Source: Girardia tigrina
Taxonomy: Eukaryota
DNA: 50,260 nucleotides
NCBI GenBank assembly: GCA_001938485.1
Contig: MQRK01221729.1
Span: 1-50,260 of the forward strand
Direction: 5' to 3'
Shown here piece after piece: positions 24,198-37,372 of this stretch; position 1 is the stretch's first letter; every line of letters begins with the position of its first letter. The position numbers were made by a program, and so were the translations under genes. Below the pieces are notes generated by a model. The model was given only the letters and a program-made list of their open reading frames with translations, was not told where the DNA came from and made no database searches.

Positions 24198-24517
24198 AAA
24201 TATGCCAAAATAAACAGAAGAGACCTCAACACATCCTTCCAATATACCTAAAAAGAACAAAATTCAAGCGAAATATGTATATAACAATATTTAAGCACAT
24301 TATTACAAGAAAACGGACCAAAGAAACAATGACGGTGCTCAACATTTAAGGCGACTTATAACAGCTTATTGTAATCGCACTTTTATGCGTAATTTGTTTG
24401 ATTTTTAAAATATATTTGATTATAAATATGTTTACTGCATTCTTTACAATATAAACAATAGTTTATATACGTATATCATAAAATTTGATGTTTATTTATA
24501 TTAATTATGAATTGAAG

Positions 24518-24644
24518 GAAGCATGATGGGAGCAAATATTGAAAAAGCTAAAGAATGTTTATTGATTTTTATTAAAAGTCTTCCAATAAATTGTAAATTC
24601 CAAATTTATGGATTCGGGAGTAATTTTGATAAAGCTTTCGATAC
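24518..24644 (+). CDS. VWA5A-like exon (GSMMGANIEKAKECLLIFIKSLP…FQIYGFGS)
   Basis: Completes DRSGS in phase; characteristic VWA5A-type sequence; AG/GT flanks. Confidence 0.93.
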
Positions 24645-24693
24645 GTAAAAAATATTACTTTTAAATATAAATATAATAAAATTATTGATATAG

Positions 24694-24877
24694 TTCCCAA
24701 TTATATGATGATCGATCAATTAATATTGCTTTAACATATCAAAAGAATTTGGATGCGAGTTTTGGAGGAACGGAATTGATGCAGCCATTGAGAGATATGT
24801 ATAATACCCCTTTAGGGGATGATTATTCAAGAATAGCTTTCTTACTAACAGATGGTGATGTTGGTAACCAGGATGAG
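24694..24877 (+). CDS. VWA5A-like exon (…FGGTELMQPL…FLLTDGDV…)
   Basis: MIDAS Thr (GGT) and Asp (TDG); follows a 49-nt GT-AG intron. Confidence 0.93.
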
Positions 24878-24929
24878 GTGAAGCGTCATACTAGATGATT
24901 ACATAAAATATAAATTAATAATAATGTAG

Positions 24930-25060
24930 GTGATTAATTTGGTAAGGAAACATAATAACAAAACGAGACTCTTTACTGTTGGTATTGGCGATGGAGTATC
25001 GACATCCCTTGTGGATAAAGTTGCTAAAGCAGGATGTGGAAAATCTGCTTTTGTGAGAAA
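24930..25060 (+). CDS. VWA5A-like exon (…RLFTVGIGDGVSTSLVDKVAKAGCGKSAFV)
   Basis: End of the VWA domain; follows a 52-nt intron; donor gtatgt. Confidence 0.93.
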
Positions 25061-26069
25061 GTATGTTAATAAAAAAGTAAAGTAATATCTGATTCATGAT
25101 AATAAATTTTTACAATGTTATGAACGAATTGTAGATAAATTTTAAAAGTAATTGCAATTTTTAATAAAACAATAAAACGCCTGTTACAATCATTCATTAA
25201 CAAATAACCAAACACGTTTTAAAACTTTATTCTGTTTATTAAACCATTGATTTAAACAAATGAATTTATTATTAAAATAATTACTATTTTAATAAGAAGT
25301 CACGAAAGTAAAGTTGTTACTCTACATAAGCCCCGGGGAGTATGCTGCATCTTTCGAAGTGAAAGTTGGTTTTGACCCGGTCTATCGAAACCCTCATTTT
25401 GCACATCATTCGCTACATGTAGCATTTTTGTCCTCACTAAGAATCAAGTCGCCGGGCAATTTTGTATATGTTCCATATAGAAGTTTGGTTGGGGAGGTTT
25501 ATTTACGAGTGATTGTGCCATCTCGTAGTGCCAACATTATGATCGTTAAATCATGAGTCAATATTTTTTTCCGTATTTTCAGAATATGTTCAAAGAGCGT
25601 TCTTTTATAAACGATGGAATCTCTCAATTTTTCCGTTACACTCTGAATGGTTGTTTGGCTGTGATCAATGCCCACTGTTTGCATAGTTCATTGAATTTAG
25701 TCGATATGAACTGTTTTCCTTCTTTAGTTATGATAATCCACGGAGGGCCGAAAATACTAATCCAATGGCCCGGGATGGATCTGGTGATCGATGATGTTGT
25801 GATTTCGTGTATGGTTACGACTTCCGGCCACAAAGTTAGTCTGCCGATGAAATTTATCATACATTTCCTGCCATCTGAAGCTGACAACAATATCCATGTG
25901 CAGGATCTTGAATCGGCCCTTATTCGAAAGAGAACAGGTTTTTCATTTAGTGTGTCTCGAAATCTTCTTGGATTGATACACATGGAATTTCTTAACCCAT
26001 ATCCGTATATCAGCGTTCATTTGTGTCCACACAGCGGGTGCTAATAAGGTCAATGGTTATATTAGCGCG

Positions 26070-27186
26070 GCTCTAATTAGACTATCGGGATCCCGCTATT
26101 CAGTTATGAATTTCTTTTTCTTTGTTTTTTTTAACATTTATGCACTACTTTATATATGTTTAGGAGTTTTCAAAAAAGAAACATTTTAAACTGTGAAATA
26201 TCTCTTACCATTGAATTTTTACGTTTTATACAGTGTAATACCGTAAATCATAATTTAAAAATGAAATACAAATTTTATTCTTTAAAACACAATTGCTTTT
26301 ATTTTTTGAAATACATTTATTACCTCCAAAAATCTTCGCATTGCACTGTCAGCTCGCCAAATTGACCTTCCAAAGTCAGCTGATACTGCTCGTCAGGGGG
26401 ATGAATTTCGCCACTATTATTGAAGACTCCATCAAAATGGATATAAACAGAAGACGTTCCGAAGGAGTGCGATTTTCACTTAGCAAATTGCTATTGAGAA
26501 GCTCCAAAAGCAGAAGAATAACTAGTTCATGCATTGAAAAAGAGAATCTCAGACCGAGAAAGCGTCCTGATGTTAACGATTTATGTATTGTCTTGACAGG
26601 AATTTCAAAATTCAAACAATACTGATCTCACATCAATCATAGAAACTCTGACCACATTGGCTAAAAAACTTCACCTGGTGCCTGGGACGGATGAAATTAG
26701 CATTGTGGATAAAGTACTTCCAAAGGAACTCACTATCGCTGAAAGGCTGATGGAATTACTGAAAAGTGTCATCATTTATCAAATTCTCCAGCTGATGACA
26801 ATGGGAAAGTCGCTATCAAAAGAGAAATGGCTTTTAATCAATCGATTGGTCAACGTGGGAAAATACAGGAATCTCTATATAAAGCCTTAATGACCATTCC
26901 ACCTACAACTATTGATGCAGATCGAGCTTTCTCTGTCCGTGGTCTTTTTATGACAAAGCTTCGCTCCAGATTTTGTGATGATACTCTTAGTAAACTCACC
27001 TTATTGAAATTTTATTTTCAACATGTGGATGACTGTATTCAATTGAATTAAGTTGTATTAAATATATAATTTGTAGAGCAAAGTTTTTCTTTATATAATT
27101 TCCTTATTATAAATTTTATATAAAGAACTCTAAAAATCAATCCCGAAAGTCCGGTATTGTAAAAACGACCGGGATTGAATTCCCTA
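26070..27186 (+). mobile_element. hAT element remnant inserted in the Gypsy integrase
   Basis: Dimerization motif IPPTTIDADRAFS…KLRSRF; right end …CCGGGATTGAATTCCCTA; near-TSD TTAGCGCG/TTAGCGCC. Confidence 0.75.
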
Positions 27187-27889
27187 TTAGCGCCTGTGTA
27201 AGCAAACCTGTGCAATCTTTGAAACTTTGGATAGTGGAAGATTGTTAGAAGTATAATTCGTTTGCTGGTGTTACTGAAGTCAAAGAGGATGCCTAAGAGC
27301 GATTATAAAACTGTTATTGTTGAAGAGTTCCTTATTTTACTTGTTCTGTTCGTTGATGATCTCGGCCTCAGTTATTGTCATAATCGCTGTTTCATCAGTA
27401 GCATTGTCATCAACCCTAGACAGAAAGTCAGGTACCACATTCTCGGTTCCCTTAAAGTATTCTAGCCTGAAAGAGAATTGGTTTAGAAATTCTATGTACA
27501 GCTATTGTCGGATGGAAGGCTCTTTCATTGACTGAATGCCATGTAAGAGCTTGTGGTTAGTCTGTCTTTTGACCTGGACTCCTTCCAGATAGTGCTTCGA
27601 CTTCTTGACAGTTAAATATATTGCAGTAGTTTGCAATCGAATATCAAGTACTTCGTTTCAACTTGTCCTAGTTTTCTGAAGAAGAATGTAGCCAAAGACA
27701 ATTTTTGGTTGAATTCATGGTTCAAAACTGGCTCAAACTGCTGTTTCAGAGGCATTCGTGCACGGGGTAAGCTTTTTGTTTGCGTCAAAGGTATATTGTT
27801 TATATTCTTAAGTTGTAATTTGATAGCAGAGAATCCCTGTTGTTGGGTATCATTGAGCTGGAACCTTTTGTTAACTTTGGATGTTATCA

Positions 27890-28145
27890 AGAGATCGTGC
27901 AAGAGAGCAACTACCTGGAACTACCTCCATGGAATGAACAAAAAAGAGAATTGTATGAATCTCGAGAAACCGCACAGAAAAGATTAAAACATTTACAACA
28001 GCGGTTGAAAAAGGACGCAACTCTCGGAGATATGTATCGAAAAGTACTAGAAGATCATGAGTACAAAGGATACATCAGGGAGGTGAATATACTTCAAGAT
28101 GAAAAGGCGGCCTATTACCTCCCGCATTTTCCGGTAGTACGATAA
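27890..28145 (+). mobile_element. BEL/Pao pol fragment
   Basis: AQKRLKHLQQRLKKD…KGYIREV…YYLPHFPVVR. Confidence 0.8.
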
Positions 28146-28590
28146 CATTTTGCAGCGTCGATAAACCGCCATAGTGATTTCATCATCAATACATGATGTG
28201 GCAAACGATTCGAAGTCTTACAGGAGACAGTTCGTGTGACGTTGGATCATTTTAGAGGCGTTCCGTAATCCGTCTGCTATTTGAACAGACAGAATGAAGA
28301 AGTGATTGCCATTTTCTGCACAACCTCCTGGATGAATTAAGATTTGATGGAAGGATTTTTATAGGTCTTAAGTAGAAAAATATGACTTATTTGTGATTTT
28401 ATTCAGCATATCTAGTATTCTTGGCAATGTATATTTGTCGAGTTTCGTTAAGTCATTCATGAGTCGATAGTTGCCTCAGGGTCTTACTATGCCGTCATTA
28501 TTTTTAACAAACACTATGGGGGATAGTCATAGGCTAAAGTTCCTTCTGATTATGCCTTTGGCTATTAGTTGATTGAACTCATTTTGAAGG

Positions 28591-29054
28591 TGTTAAGAGA
28601 ACTCACATATTTGAGAGAACATTTATTACATTCACAATTTTTATCATCTTTATGATGAGCAACAATAATGCTTTCACTTAGATCCATCAATCAATTTTCA
28701 ATATCTCCCACTTTAATCTGAACTATACTTGATAAGATTATTTTATTTAAAAATATTTAATTTAAATTTTATTGGCTGAAATAAACTATTTTTATAGTCA
28801 TTTTTAAACATTAATTTGATTTTAATTATTTAAAAATTTACAAAAATAAAATCATTAAAATTATTTAAAAGCTGCAATAATAAAAACTAAAAATTTGAAT
28901 ATTAAATCTAAATTTAAATAAATTAGTTTCAGATTATAAAAAATTAAATATTGATAATCCATCTGGTTAGGAAAGGTACAATCTCAAATCAACATACAAC
29001 ATTTGAACATGCAAAAACTACACAAAAACATCCACACACCAAATATTCCTCACA
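28591..29054 (-). mobile_element. Solo LTR (TGTGAG family), TG...CA, perfect 5-bp TSD GAAGG
   Basis: TSD at 28586-28590 and 29055-29059; conserved core CCATCTGGTTAGGAAAGG. Confidence 0.88.
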
Positions 29055-29229
29055 GAAGGGATTGCAGGAGATACCGACCCAGGTTCTACAATTGCATCAA
29101 CACAGTTTTCATTCTCATCATAACATAATATTCTTATCAATACATAAATATCCTCAAGGTTTTCTACTCTTTGCAGATCTATTTCATTATCTATGCAAGA
29201 CTTATCTTGAATCTGTATGGTTGAACTCT

Positions 29230-30950
29230 TAAAACAGACATGAGTAAAGCAATTTTGAATTGTTTTACTACTTATGTCACGTCATTATCGGCAAGAAATT
29301 GTATAGCTTGCAAAACTAAAACCGTTGAACTGATTTCAATCACTTTTGACGAAAAAGTCAATAAAATTGTTTCTATTGATTCCAGAATTTAGTTAACTAA
29401 CCTTTTACGATACAATAATTTCAAATTCTTTATAACTCCCATATTCATAGGCTGTATCAAGGTAGTATCAGCAGGTAGAATTTCCAATTGAAAATTTCCA
29501 AACCATTTAAATGTGGATGTGCTACAGAATTATCGAGAAGCAACAGGGTTTGTCTAGATGACCGTTGCAATTTGTCATCCAATTTCGTAAGCTACCTTTG
29601 AAAAATATTAGAAGTCTTCCAAGCATTTCTAATGTTATGTTATTGAACTGGTAAACTTTCCATTCTTTGCCCCTTAAACATAGAGGCCTATTACTTTTAC
29701 TGACATATTAGAGCAGCACAACAATGTTTTTCTATCAATTGCTTTATTTGAACCAGATAATGTCTCATATTTATAACTCAAAGAAGCATCAGATGCAGAA
29801 CAATAATACAGCTCAGTTTCATCGGCATTGTAGATATCATAAGTACAAATATTTTGGAGTAAATCAGATAGTTTCGTGGATATCGATTGCTCAGAGCTTG
29901 TAGGATTAGCACTACCCTTTTCGCCGTGCGCTTTTCTGAATTTAATATCATGCTGAAGAGGTCGGCCTAAAGTACACCAATCGGATGAGGGCGTCCGCTT
30001 GCTCGGTTGTCGATGCCGGATCCAGTAAAGTGAGGGGTCACAAATCTCAGCGGTAAAAAATATTACCGTGTTTTGATGGCATTTGAATGTTGTAGGAGCC
30101 GCATCACACCCATGCACGACGTGCATCGATACAGTCGGGAAGTAAGTCACAGGATTATGAACGATGTAGAAGAGCCCGAAACCGCGGGCAGCAGCTTCTA
30201 GGGCAACGGTTGACAAGTTTTAACTCATATCGTACTCTGGTACAGTACAATGAACGACGCTGAAAAATTTCTCAAGCGATTTCGATTTCGTTTTCGAAAC
30301 GTCAAACAGTTCTTCACCAAAAAAACCCCATTAATTGATTAATCAATCTGATTCATTGATCGATTCAGGTATTAACTAGACATTTCACGCCAAATAATGA
30401 CAATAGCGCCTGATGGCAATGGTAAAAATGGTTTTCCCCGTTAAAAAGTCAAGCAAAGATTACATTAGAGAAAAACCGTTTATTTGAAAAAATTGTGTTC
30501 ACTGCGATTATTTAAACAATATTGTTTTTAACATTTTTCAGTTACATTTGTTATTTACATTTACTTTTTATATAGATAAGTAAAATATCTGATATTTGAT
30601 GTAAATAATAATATTAGTATTTTTATGTCAATAAAGATTTTTTTTGTTATTAGTTTTTTTATTTAATTAAAAGTGTTCACTACACATGCCTAAATTTACA
30701 TCAAGACAGTAACCATCCATTACCTTGAAATTCAGATGATTCATCTATTAGCCCGCTCTTCTGATTTTCGTATTAGCATGGGACTAGTAACAATGGAAAA
30801 CCATTGATCAAGTGCTTCCCAAACATAAACGTCCTTATCTTTCCGCTTTCTTGGTATTCCACTTGTGAACCTTTGTATTTTCAGACCTATCGATAACAAT
30901 TTTTATACGACAACGATGGCTGACGTTTTTACAATGTACTCTGATTTTTC
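29230..30950 (-). mobile_element. Tigger/pogo (CENP-B-like) transposase remnant split by a solo LTR
   Basis: EALDQWFSIV (HTH), IKFRKAHGE, DIYNADETELYY. Confidence 0.8.
29954..30684 (-). mobile_element. 731-bp solo LTR (TG...CA), possibly BEL/Pao type
   Basis: Perfect 5-bp TSD CATGC at 29949-29953 and 30685-30689; removing it rejoins the Tigger RH-DIKF sequence. Confidence 0.8.
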
Positions 30951-31017
30951 TAATATAGAAATAATAAACAAAGATAAATACGTAGTGACAGTTCTAATTC
31001 ATGTTATTTGTTTTAAG

Positions 31018-31196
31018 CTCGCTGCAGTTGAGTTCTAGTGTCATTAAACTGTTGGATATCGCTCTCAATTGTGATCATTTTACAAATAGTAAAATCCAAT
31101 GGAAGTGTCCAGATAATGTTTCCATTATTACTGTACCATCAACAATACCACCTGTATTTTCCAACCATTTTTTAACTGTGTTCTGTATGATAAATG
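31018..31196 (+). CDS. VWA5A-like exon (NSLQLSSSVIKLL…PSTIPPVFSNHFLTVFCMI)
   Basis: Phase 2 join with 25060; donor gtaagt. Confidence 0.88.
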
Positions 31197-31222
31197 GTAA
31201 GTAATATTATAATTAATTATAG

Positions 31223-31534
31223 ACAAAATTAATTTGCAAACAGGATTGAAAGAAGATGATAAAGTTGAATGTACTTTGATTGGAGATGTTAATGAACGAA
31301 GTCTTTCATTCTCAATGGATATAGATCTCAATAATGCGATTGTCGATGAAGAATTTCGAGTTCATCGAATGTTGGGGAAATATAAAATCGAAGAAATGGC
31401 GATCGAAATAGATAGTGGAAAAAAAGATATAAAGAAAGCACTTATAGAGTTAAGTCTTCAAGTGAATATTGTTACAAACTTTACAACATTTGTGGCCATA
31501 GATCCAGAAGCTTCAGAAAAGAAAAAAACATTGA
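31223..31534 (+). CDS. VWA5A-like exon (…VHRMLGKYKIEE…IELSLQVNIVTNFTTFVAID…); 3' boundary uncertain (read-through stop at 31545)
   Basis: Typical VWA5A-family HR…LS…T.FVA.D segment; follows a 26-nt intron. Confidence 0.85.
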
Positions 31535-32922
31535 GTAAAAGTTAATTTTTAAATTGTTTTTTAATTAGTTTTGATTTGTAATATTAAATTTGTAATATTA
31601 TACTTTAATAATAGTAAATAAATGGATATGGAAATAAATATTTGATATAGTGTGTGAGTCTCATGCTGTGAAATATTACAAAATTAAATAAAATTAATCA
31701 AAAAATATTACATAATCAAAAATTTCAAAATATTTCTAATTTTGTATTACACAACTATTACGGGGTTGAAAATAGAATTAACCTTTGACTTTCCTTTTCT
31801 TATTATATATATACGACATGTGTATATGAAGTATTCTAAAACCCTTTTCAAAATAGAAATGTCGTTGTTCAGCCGAAATGTCAACACATAATTATAATAT
31901 CAGATGGGCTTTTGAAGGTTGATTCCTGAGCCTTTCATCATTTATTAAAACAAGCTTTACTGAGACAAAATATACAGATTCACATCATCAAGTGTTTTGA
32001 CATTCACGTATATGGATCTTTTTCATTCTTATCTGGCAACATCCATTTTTCTCTCTAAGAGAGTTTATTCATATGACAATATCACTCATTCCTAAGTGTC
32101 TTCACAGATACAGTTTGCTCATACTGCCCTGTATTTTGGAATTATAACTCATTCCTTATTTCTTGCCAGTACAAAAAAGTACAGGGTACATCAGATTGCT
32201 TAGTGAAATATATATGAGTAAGAATTTATCTTTCAATGTAGTTTTAATTCCTAATTTCGTATTTTCTCAAGTTGTTAACCATAGTTTTAAACTTTATTTC
32301 GAAGAAATTGTAATCTTTATTCAATACACATTTCTCCACGTTTTTTTAGATCTTTTTTTCAGATAAATTAATAAGATTCGAACAATTATCAAATTTATTA
32401 ATAAACACATTATTCAAACTGTGGTGTTCAAAAAAAACACAAAAAACAATTTAAATTAAAATTCAAAAATTAACATAATAATGTTTTGTTTTACTAATCA
32501 AAAATTGGCGAAAAACTCAAAAACACACGAATCCACAAGAACACCAACCAGAATCGCAATCAATATGCTCAACGGACTGTCAATCGTCAACCCAACTATG
32601 CCCAGACGAGACTCATGGATCTATTCCAATTATTGTATCGATTCGGGTCATGTATTCATTCTATACATAAATAAATTTTATATTCCAGTCGTGTCTTATT
32701 TTTTCCCGTTCCAACAACGGAAGTTGGTGGTGCAAATTGCACTCGCCAAACAAACGAATATAAATTAAATTTAAATATTTTAGAAACAAAAGTCTCAGTG
32801 CCATTTTTAAATTTTATATTAATTATTAATTTCAGTAGATCGCCTCCATCTTCATACTAAAATTAATGTGAATTAACTTATACAACGAAGCAATGTTGTA
32901 GACTCGAGTCGCGAAGTGTGTG

Positions 32923-33359
32923 TGTGAGGGATATTTTGAATGTTTGATGTTTTGTGTTTGAATGTGTATGTTGATTTGGAATTGTGTCTCTCCTACCCAG
33001 ATGGATGATTAATATTTGAATTCTTATTATCTAAAAATATGTTATGTTTAAATTTATTTTTAATTTCAAATAATTTTACAATTTTAAATAAGTTAATTAG
33101 TTTTTACAAATTTTAATAAATAAATCAAATTAATATTTTTAAATAATTAATTATCATTTTAATTATTATCCAATAAGTTTTTTGTAAATATTTTATTAAA
33201 ATATTTATTTCCCCATTTGCTAAAAATAATAAGAATTAATTCATGAATCAATTTAGTTTAGAATGCAATCGTACGAAAACTTTGACAACGATAGTCTTAA
33301 GGACAATCAAAACTGTTGTTTAAATAAAAATATGAACAGTCAAATTGGTGTTCTTAATA
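32923..33359 (+). mobile_element. Solo LTR (TGTGAG family), TG...TA
   Basis: TGTGAGGG start, CTCTCCTACCCAGATGG core, …TGTTCTTAATA end. Confidence 0.82.
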
Positions 33360-33682
33360 ATGTACAAAAAGAAAGATTACAACAACCACCAGTAAAAGAT
33401 CTTTTCTACCTCGAAAAGATATTCTAAATTTATAATTATTTTATCATATTAATTAATATATTAGAAAAGAAAAAATAATACAATGTCTACGTTTAATAGG
33501 AACAAACATTTTTCCGTTAAAGATAAAATTCTTAGAAATAGTAAAATAAAAAATATAATGATATTATTGAACCTAAACTCTCTTTCATAAAATGCTACGT
33601 TAAAATTTATTTACCATGAAAATTTGTTATATTTTTAAAATAATGTTTAATATTTTTTCAATTAAAATGTATTTGTATTCAG

Positions 33683-35988
33683 CAAACGAAGAGAAACCAC
33701 TTGATTATTTTGGAGTTTTAGTATGTTTGATTCACATGATTTCTATTTATTTCTATTTATTTCTATTTTCATTTTAAAGTTTCCAGAAACAAATGAAAGC
33801 TCATTTAGATGTGTATGTTATTTTGATAAATATTTATTAATTGATTAAATAATGAAAATTATTTTTCATATATTCATAATTAAGTGATAATATGTGAGCA
33901 AAACTTTTAAAATCTAATTTTGTTTAATAAGAAAGTTTATATCTACGTTGAAGATGATTTCGATATTGAAAAAAATGAAACAAAAAAATAAAAGACATCG
34001 CATAAAGTTGTACTAACTTTCAGGAAAGGAAGGCGCTAACTGCTAAGACTAAAGAGAAAAACATTAAATAATATGACGACAAAACATTCCAAAATATACA
34101 AAAGGAATGTGAATGTAATTGGTTGTCCTAAAATTTCCCGGTCAATAATGAAAATACAATTTTTTTTCAAATTTCTTTTTGGCATTATTTATTTGATATT
34201 GATATATCGATTTGTTTATAGCATTATATGGATTACGTGATTACAAAGATTGAAAACCGTGTGTTGCTGCGTCACTATTGAAAGAAAGGCTTGACAACAC
34301 TAGATGCTGCCAAGTCAATTTGCAGAGCTGAAGATACACAAACGGTCGGAAAAAAGTACGGCAATTGATTGGTTCAAGCGTTTCAATGAAGGCACTTTTG
34401 ACTTGAATGACAGTCCTCGTTCTGGACGACCAACAAAATTGGATAACGAGGACTTGTAAGCAGAGTTGGACATGAAGCCTTCGTCAAGCACTCGCGATTT
34501 GGTATTTAAGCTTAGAGTTGGAAAGTAAACCATACATTGACACTTGAAGCAGCTCGACTTTGTGCACAAGAAACCGCGTCAAGATCAGCACGAACTCACC
34601 AAAGGTGTTGAAGATTTATTACTAAACATACCTAAACAAACAGGCCGATAAAAGAGTCCAAATTTACCGACAACTATTACAAAATTCACGAGATGACAAC
34701 TTTTGAAAACGAATTGTGACGTCGGACGAGAAGTGGGTCTACTTGGTCAACCACAACCGAAACAAACCATCGGTTCCACCGGGTCAACCAATGCCGTCAG
34801 TTCCAAAACAAGATCGATTTGGCTTGAAAATCATGTTGTGCGTCTGGTGGAACTTTGAGAGAGTCGTGTACTTTGAGTTTGTTCAGAACGGCCAGGCCAT
34901 CAATGCAGAACTCTATTGTCAACAGCTGGACCGTGTCTACGAGAAGCTCAAGAAGAAGTACCCTGTCTTAATCAACCAAAAATGTGCACTGCTTCAGCAA
35001 GACAATGCCAAGCCGCATACCGCCAAAAAGATCACGGGCAGGTTCCAAGAGTTGGATTGAGTTGAAATCCTGTCGCATCCTCCTTCAGATTATTTTTATA
35101 GATAAAATGTTATGATTTTCTACCATCTAAAGTATTCACTTCATAAACATTTTTTGTTAGAAATATATGAAATTTTAAATTAATTTTTCAAAATTTTTAT
35201 GGCTCATTTATTTATTTATTTTTGCAGTTTGCAAATCAGTAAGTATAAATAATTTATTTTAATGTTATACGTTTTTCGCTCATAACAATTTCAAATGTGA
35301 AATAAAATTTAATAAAACACATTTTAACAAAAAATCTTTTAAGTATATATTTTCTACAGATATCTCAAAATGTGTCAAAAGTTTCTGGATTCCTATGTCC
35401 AAATAAATGTCTTTAGTATTCTCAATACTCAGTCTTTATTACATAACGTGGAGAAAATATAGTTTTTCGTTTTCAAATTTTATGAGGAGTTCGTTAAAAT
35501 CTTCAACTCACCGAATAATTTATAATTCTTTTAATTTAAAATTTTAACAAAATTAAAGAATTATATAACACGAAAAAAAATAAAAATTAAAAAATTAAAG
35601 GGTTTGAAATCTAAAAAATCCTACATTAAATAAAGTCGATATATTTTAATAGAGTAATAATCAGTAAAATTTTTTTAAAATAAGAATTTAAAAATAAATA
35701 ATAAACAAAATAAAATTTATTATGTAAATTTGTAATAAGTTACTACTACGAAATTATTTTTAAGAAACTAAAATTAGGTTAAATTGTTTTACAAAATAAT
35801 TTGAAAGAAATTAGATTTTTGTAATTTTAATAATAAAATGTCTGATTAAATAAGCATTTCGAAAAATGTTATAGAATATAATAAATTAAATTGATAAAAA
35901 TCATATTGATGTTTTTTTAATATTATGTAACCTCTAATCATTTTCTTTTAGATATGGATCAATTTTAGACTCTTCCGATGATAACTTA
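33683..35988 (+). CDS. Putative micro-exon chain: 33683-33720, 33780-33812, 35102-35131, 35228-35238, 35360-35380, 35952-35988
   Basis: All are AG/GT-bounded and splice in phase without stops: (T)NEEKPLDYFGVL-FPETNESSFRC-IKCYDFLPSK-FANQ-YLKMCQK-YGSILDSSDDNL. Confidence 0.4.
34118..35088 (+). mobile_element. Mariner copy of the 19679 family, 3'-truncated
   Basis: 5' TIR and high similarity to about 19679-20625. Confidence 0.9.
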
Positions 35989-36149
35989 GTAATTCTAAAG
36001 TTTTATTATAATAAATAAAATTCTATTTAACTAACGTCCGAATTTGAGTTGGCATGTTAAAATTTTCCTTTTTTTAAATTTCTCCCACAAAACTCTAAAA
36101 GTTAAAACAAATTGTAAATAAATTTGGAAAAAATGGAACATCGTTGACA

Positions 36150-36628
36150 TTAAAATTCAAAAACCTATTGAAATTGTTTATTAAATTCGACGTATTAATC
36201 GTCAGCTTTAAAATAACTGATTAAAAAAAAGAAATATACTTAAATACTGCGGCAATGATTATGTAACCAATACGTCATCAATAAATCATTTAAAAACCCT
36301 CAATAAAGTTGTCAAGAGTGCATTTTGTACGTTAATTTTAGAATAAAAAGATCTTTTATATATCGTTTCACATGTCACTCTCTCCAAATAATTCTTAAAT
36401 TGAGTGCATAGAATTTTAAAGTTATGGATGCTTATGTCCCCTTTTTAATATTTACTATACCAAGCAATATTACTTCCATTTTCTTTACGAATGTGTTCCT
36501 AGATTCTTTTATAGAAATGACGCGAAGTCTCTCCAATGTTGCATAACACCCATTATATGTATATTGGTAAATGAGATCGGAAAACAATCCTAACGGTGTT
36601 GATGATTTATTACTAAACATACCTAATC
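36150..36628 (-). mobile_element. Penelope-like element 3' fragment (GIY-YIG) with a degenerate hammerhead at about 36179-36205
   Basis: LIYQYT…GETSRHFYKRI*EHIRK; CTGACGA…GAATTTAATA. Confidence 0.7.
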
Positions 36629-37372
36629 AAACAGGCCGATAAAAGAGTCCAAATTTACCGACAACTATTACAAAATTCACGAGATGACAACTTTTGAAAA
36701 CGAATTGTGACGTCGGATGAGAAGTGAGTCTACTTGGTCAACCACAACCGAGACAAACCATCGGTTCCACCGGATCAACCAACGCCTTCAGTTCCAAAAC
36801 AAGATCGATTTGGCTTGAAAATCATGTTGTGCGTCTGGTGGAACTTTGAGAGAGTCGTGCACTTTGAGTTTGTTCAGAACGGCCAGGCCATTAATGCAGA
36901 GCTCTATTGTCATCAGCTGTATCGTATCTACGAGAAGCTCAAGAAGAAGTACTCTGCCTTAATCAACCGAAAACGTGCACTGCTTCAGCAAGACAATGCC
37001 AAGCCGCATACCGCCAAAAAGATCACGTGCAGGTTCCAAGAGTTGGATTGAGTCAAAATCCTGCTGCATCCTGCTTGCAACTCTGATTGCACGCCATCCG
37101 ACTATAGCCTCTTCCGATCCATGCAACACTTCGTGAAAGGCTGCGATTTGAAGCATTCGATAAAGTTGAACAAGCATGTCAAGAGTTCTTCAATTTGAAG
37201 TAGCCGGAATGGTACTTTGACAAGATCCGAAAGCTTGCAGACCGTTGGCAGAAAGTAGTCGGAAACGAACGATTGTACATTGAAGATTAATTGTTATTTA
37301 TTTAAAATAAATCCTTGCACAAAAATTGTATTTTTCATTTTCATCTGACTGGGAACTTTTAGGACAACCTAA
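36629..37372 (+). mobile_element. Mariner copy of the 19679 family, 5'-truncated, with 3' TIR
   Basis: …GGGAACTTTTAGGACAACCTAA; near-duplicate of 34635-35088. Confidence 0.9.

Larger units (their letters stand above)
25182..28590 (-). mobile_element. Fragmented Gypsy (CsRn1-like) pol with a probable 3' LTR at about 25182-25326
   Basis: Integrase LHMDIV…WPEVV…WISIFGPP…GKQF; RNase H FFFRKL…KY; RT NYRLMNDLTKLDKYTLPRI. Confidence 0.75.

Noticed and set aside
30097-30140. GAGCCGCAT… as a possible group II domain V
   Set aside because: It lacks the GNRA-capped DV hairpin and any DVI, and lies inside a solo LTR.
29954-30300. GC-rich block fused in frame to Tigger (ORF 29674-30216), suggesting a captured gene
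   Set aside because: It lies within a TG...CA insertion with a perfect CATGC TSD, so it is solo-LTR sequence and the fusion is fortuitous.
32481-32768. 95-aa ORF
   Set aside because: No recognisable motif and no compatible splice sites with the host gene.
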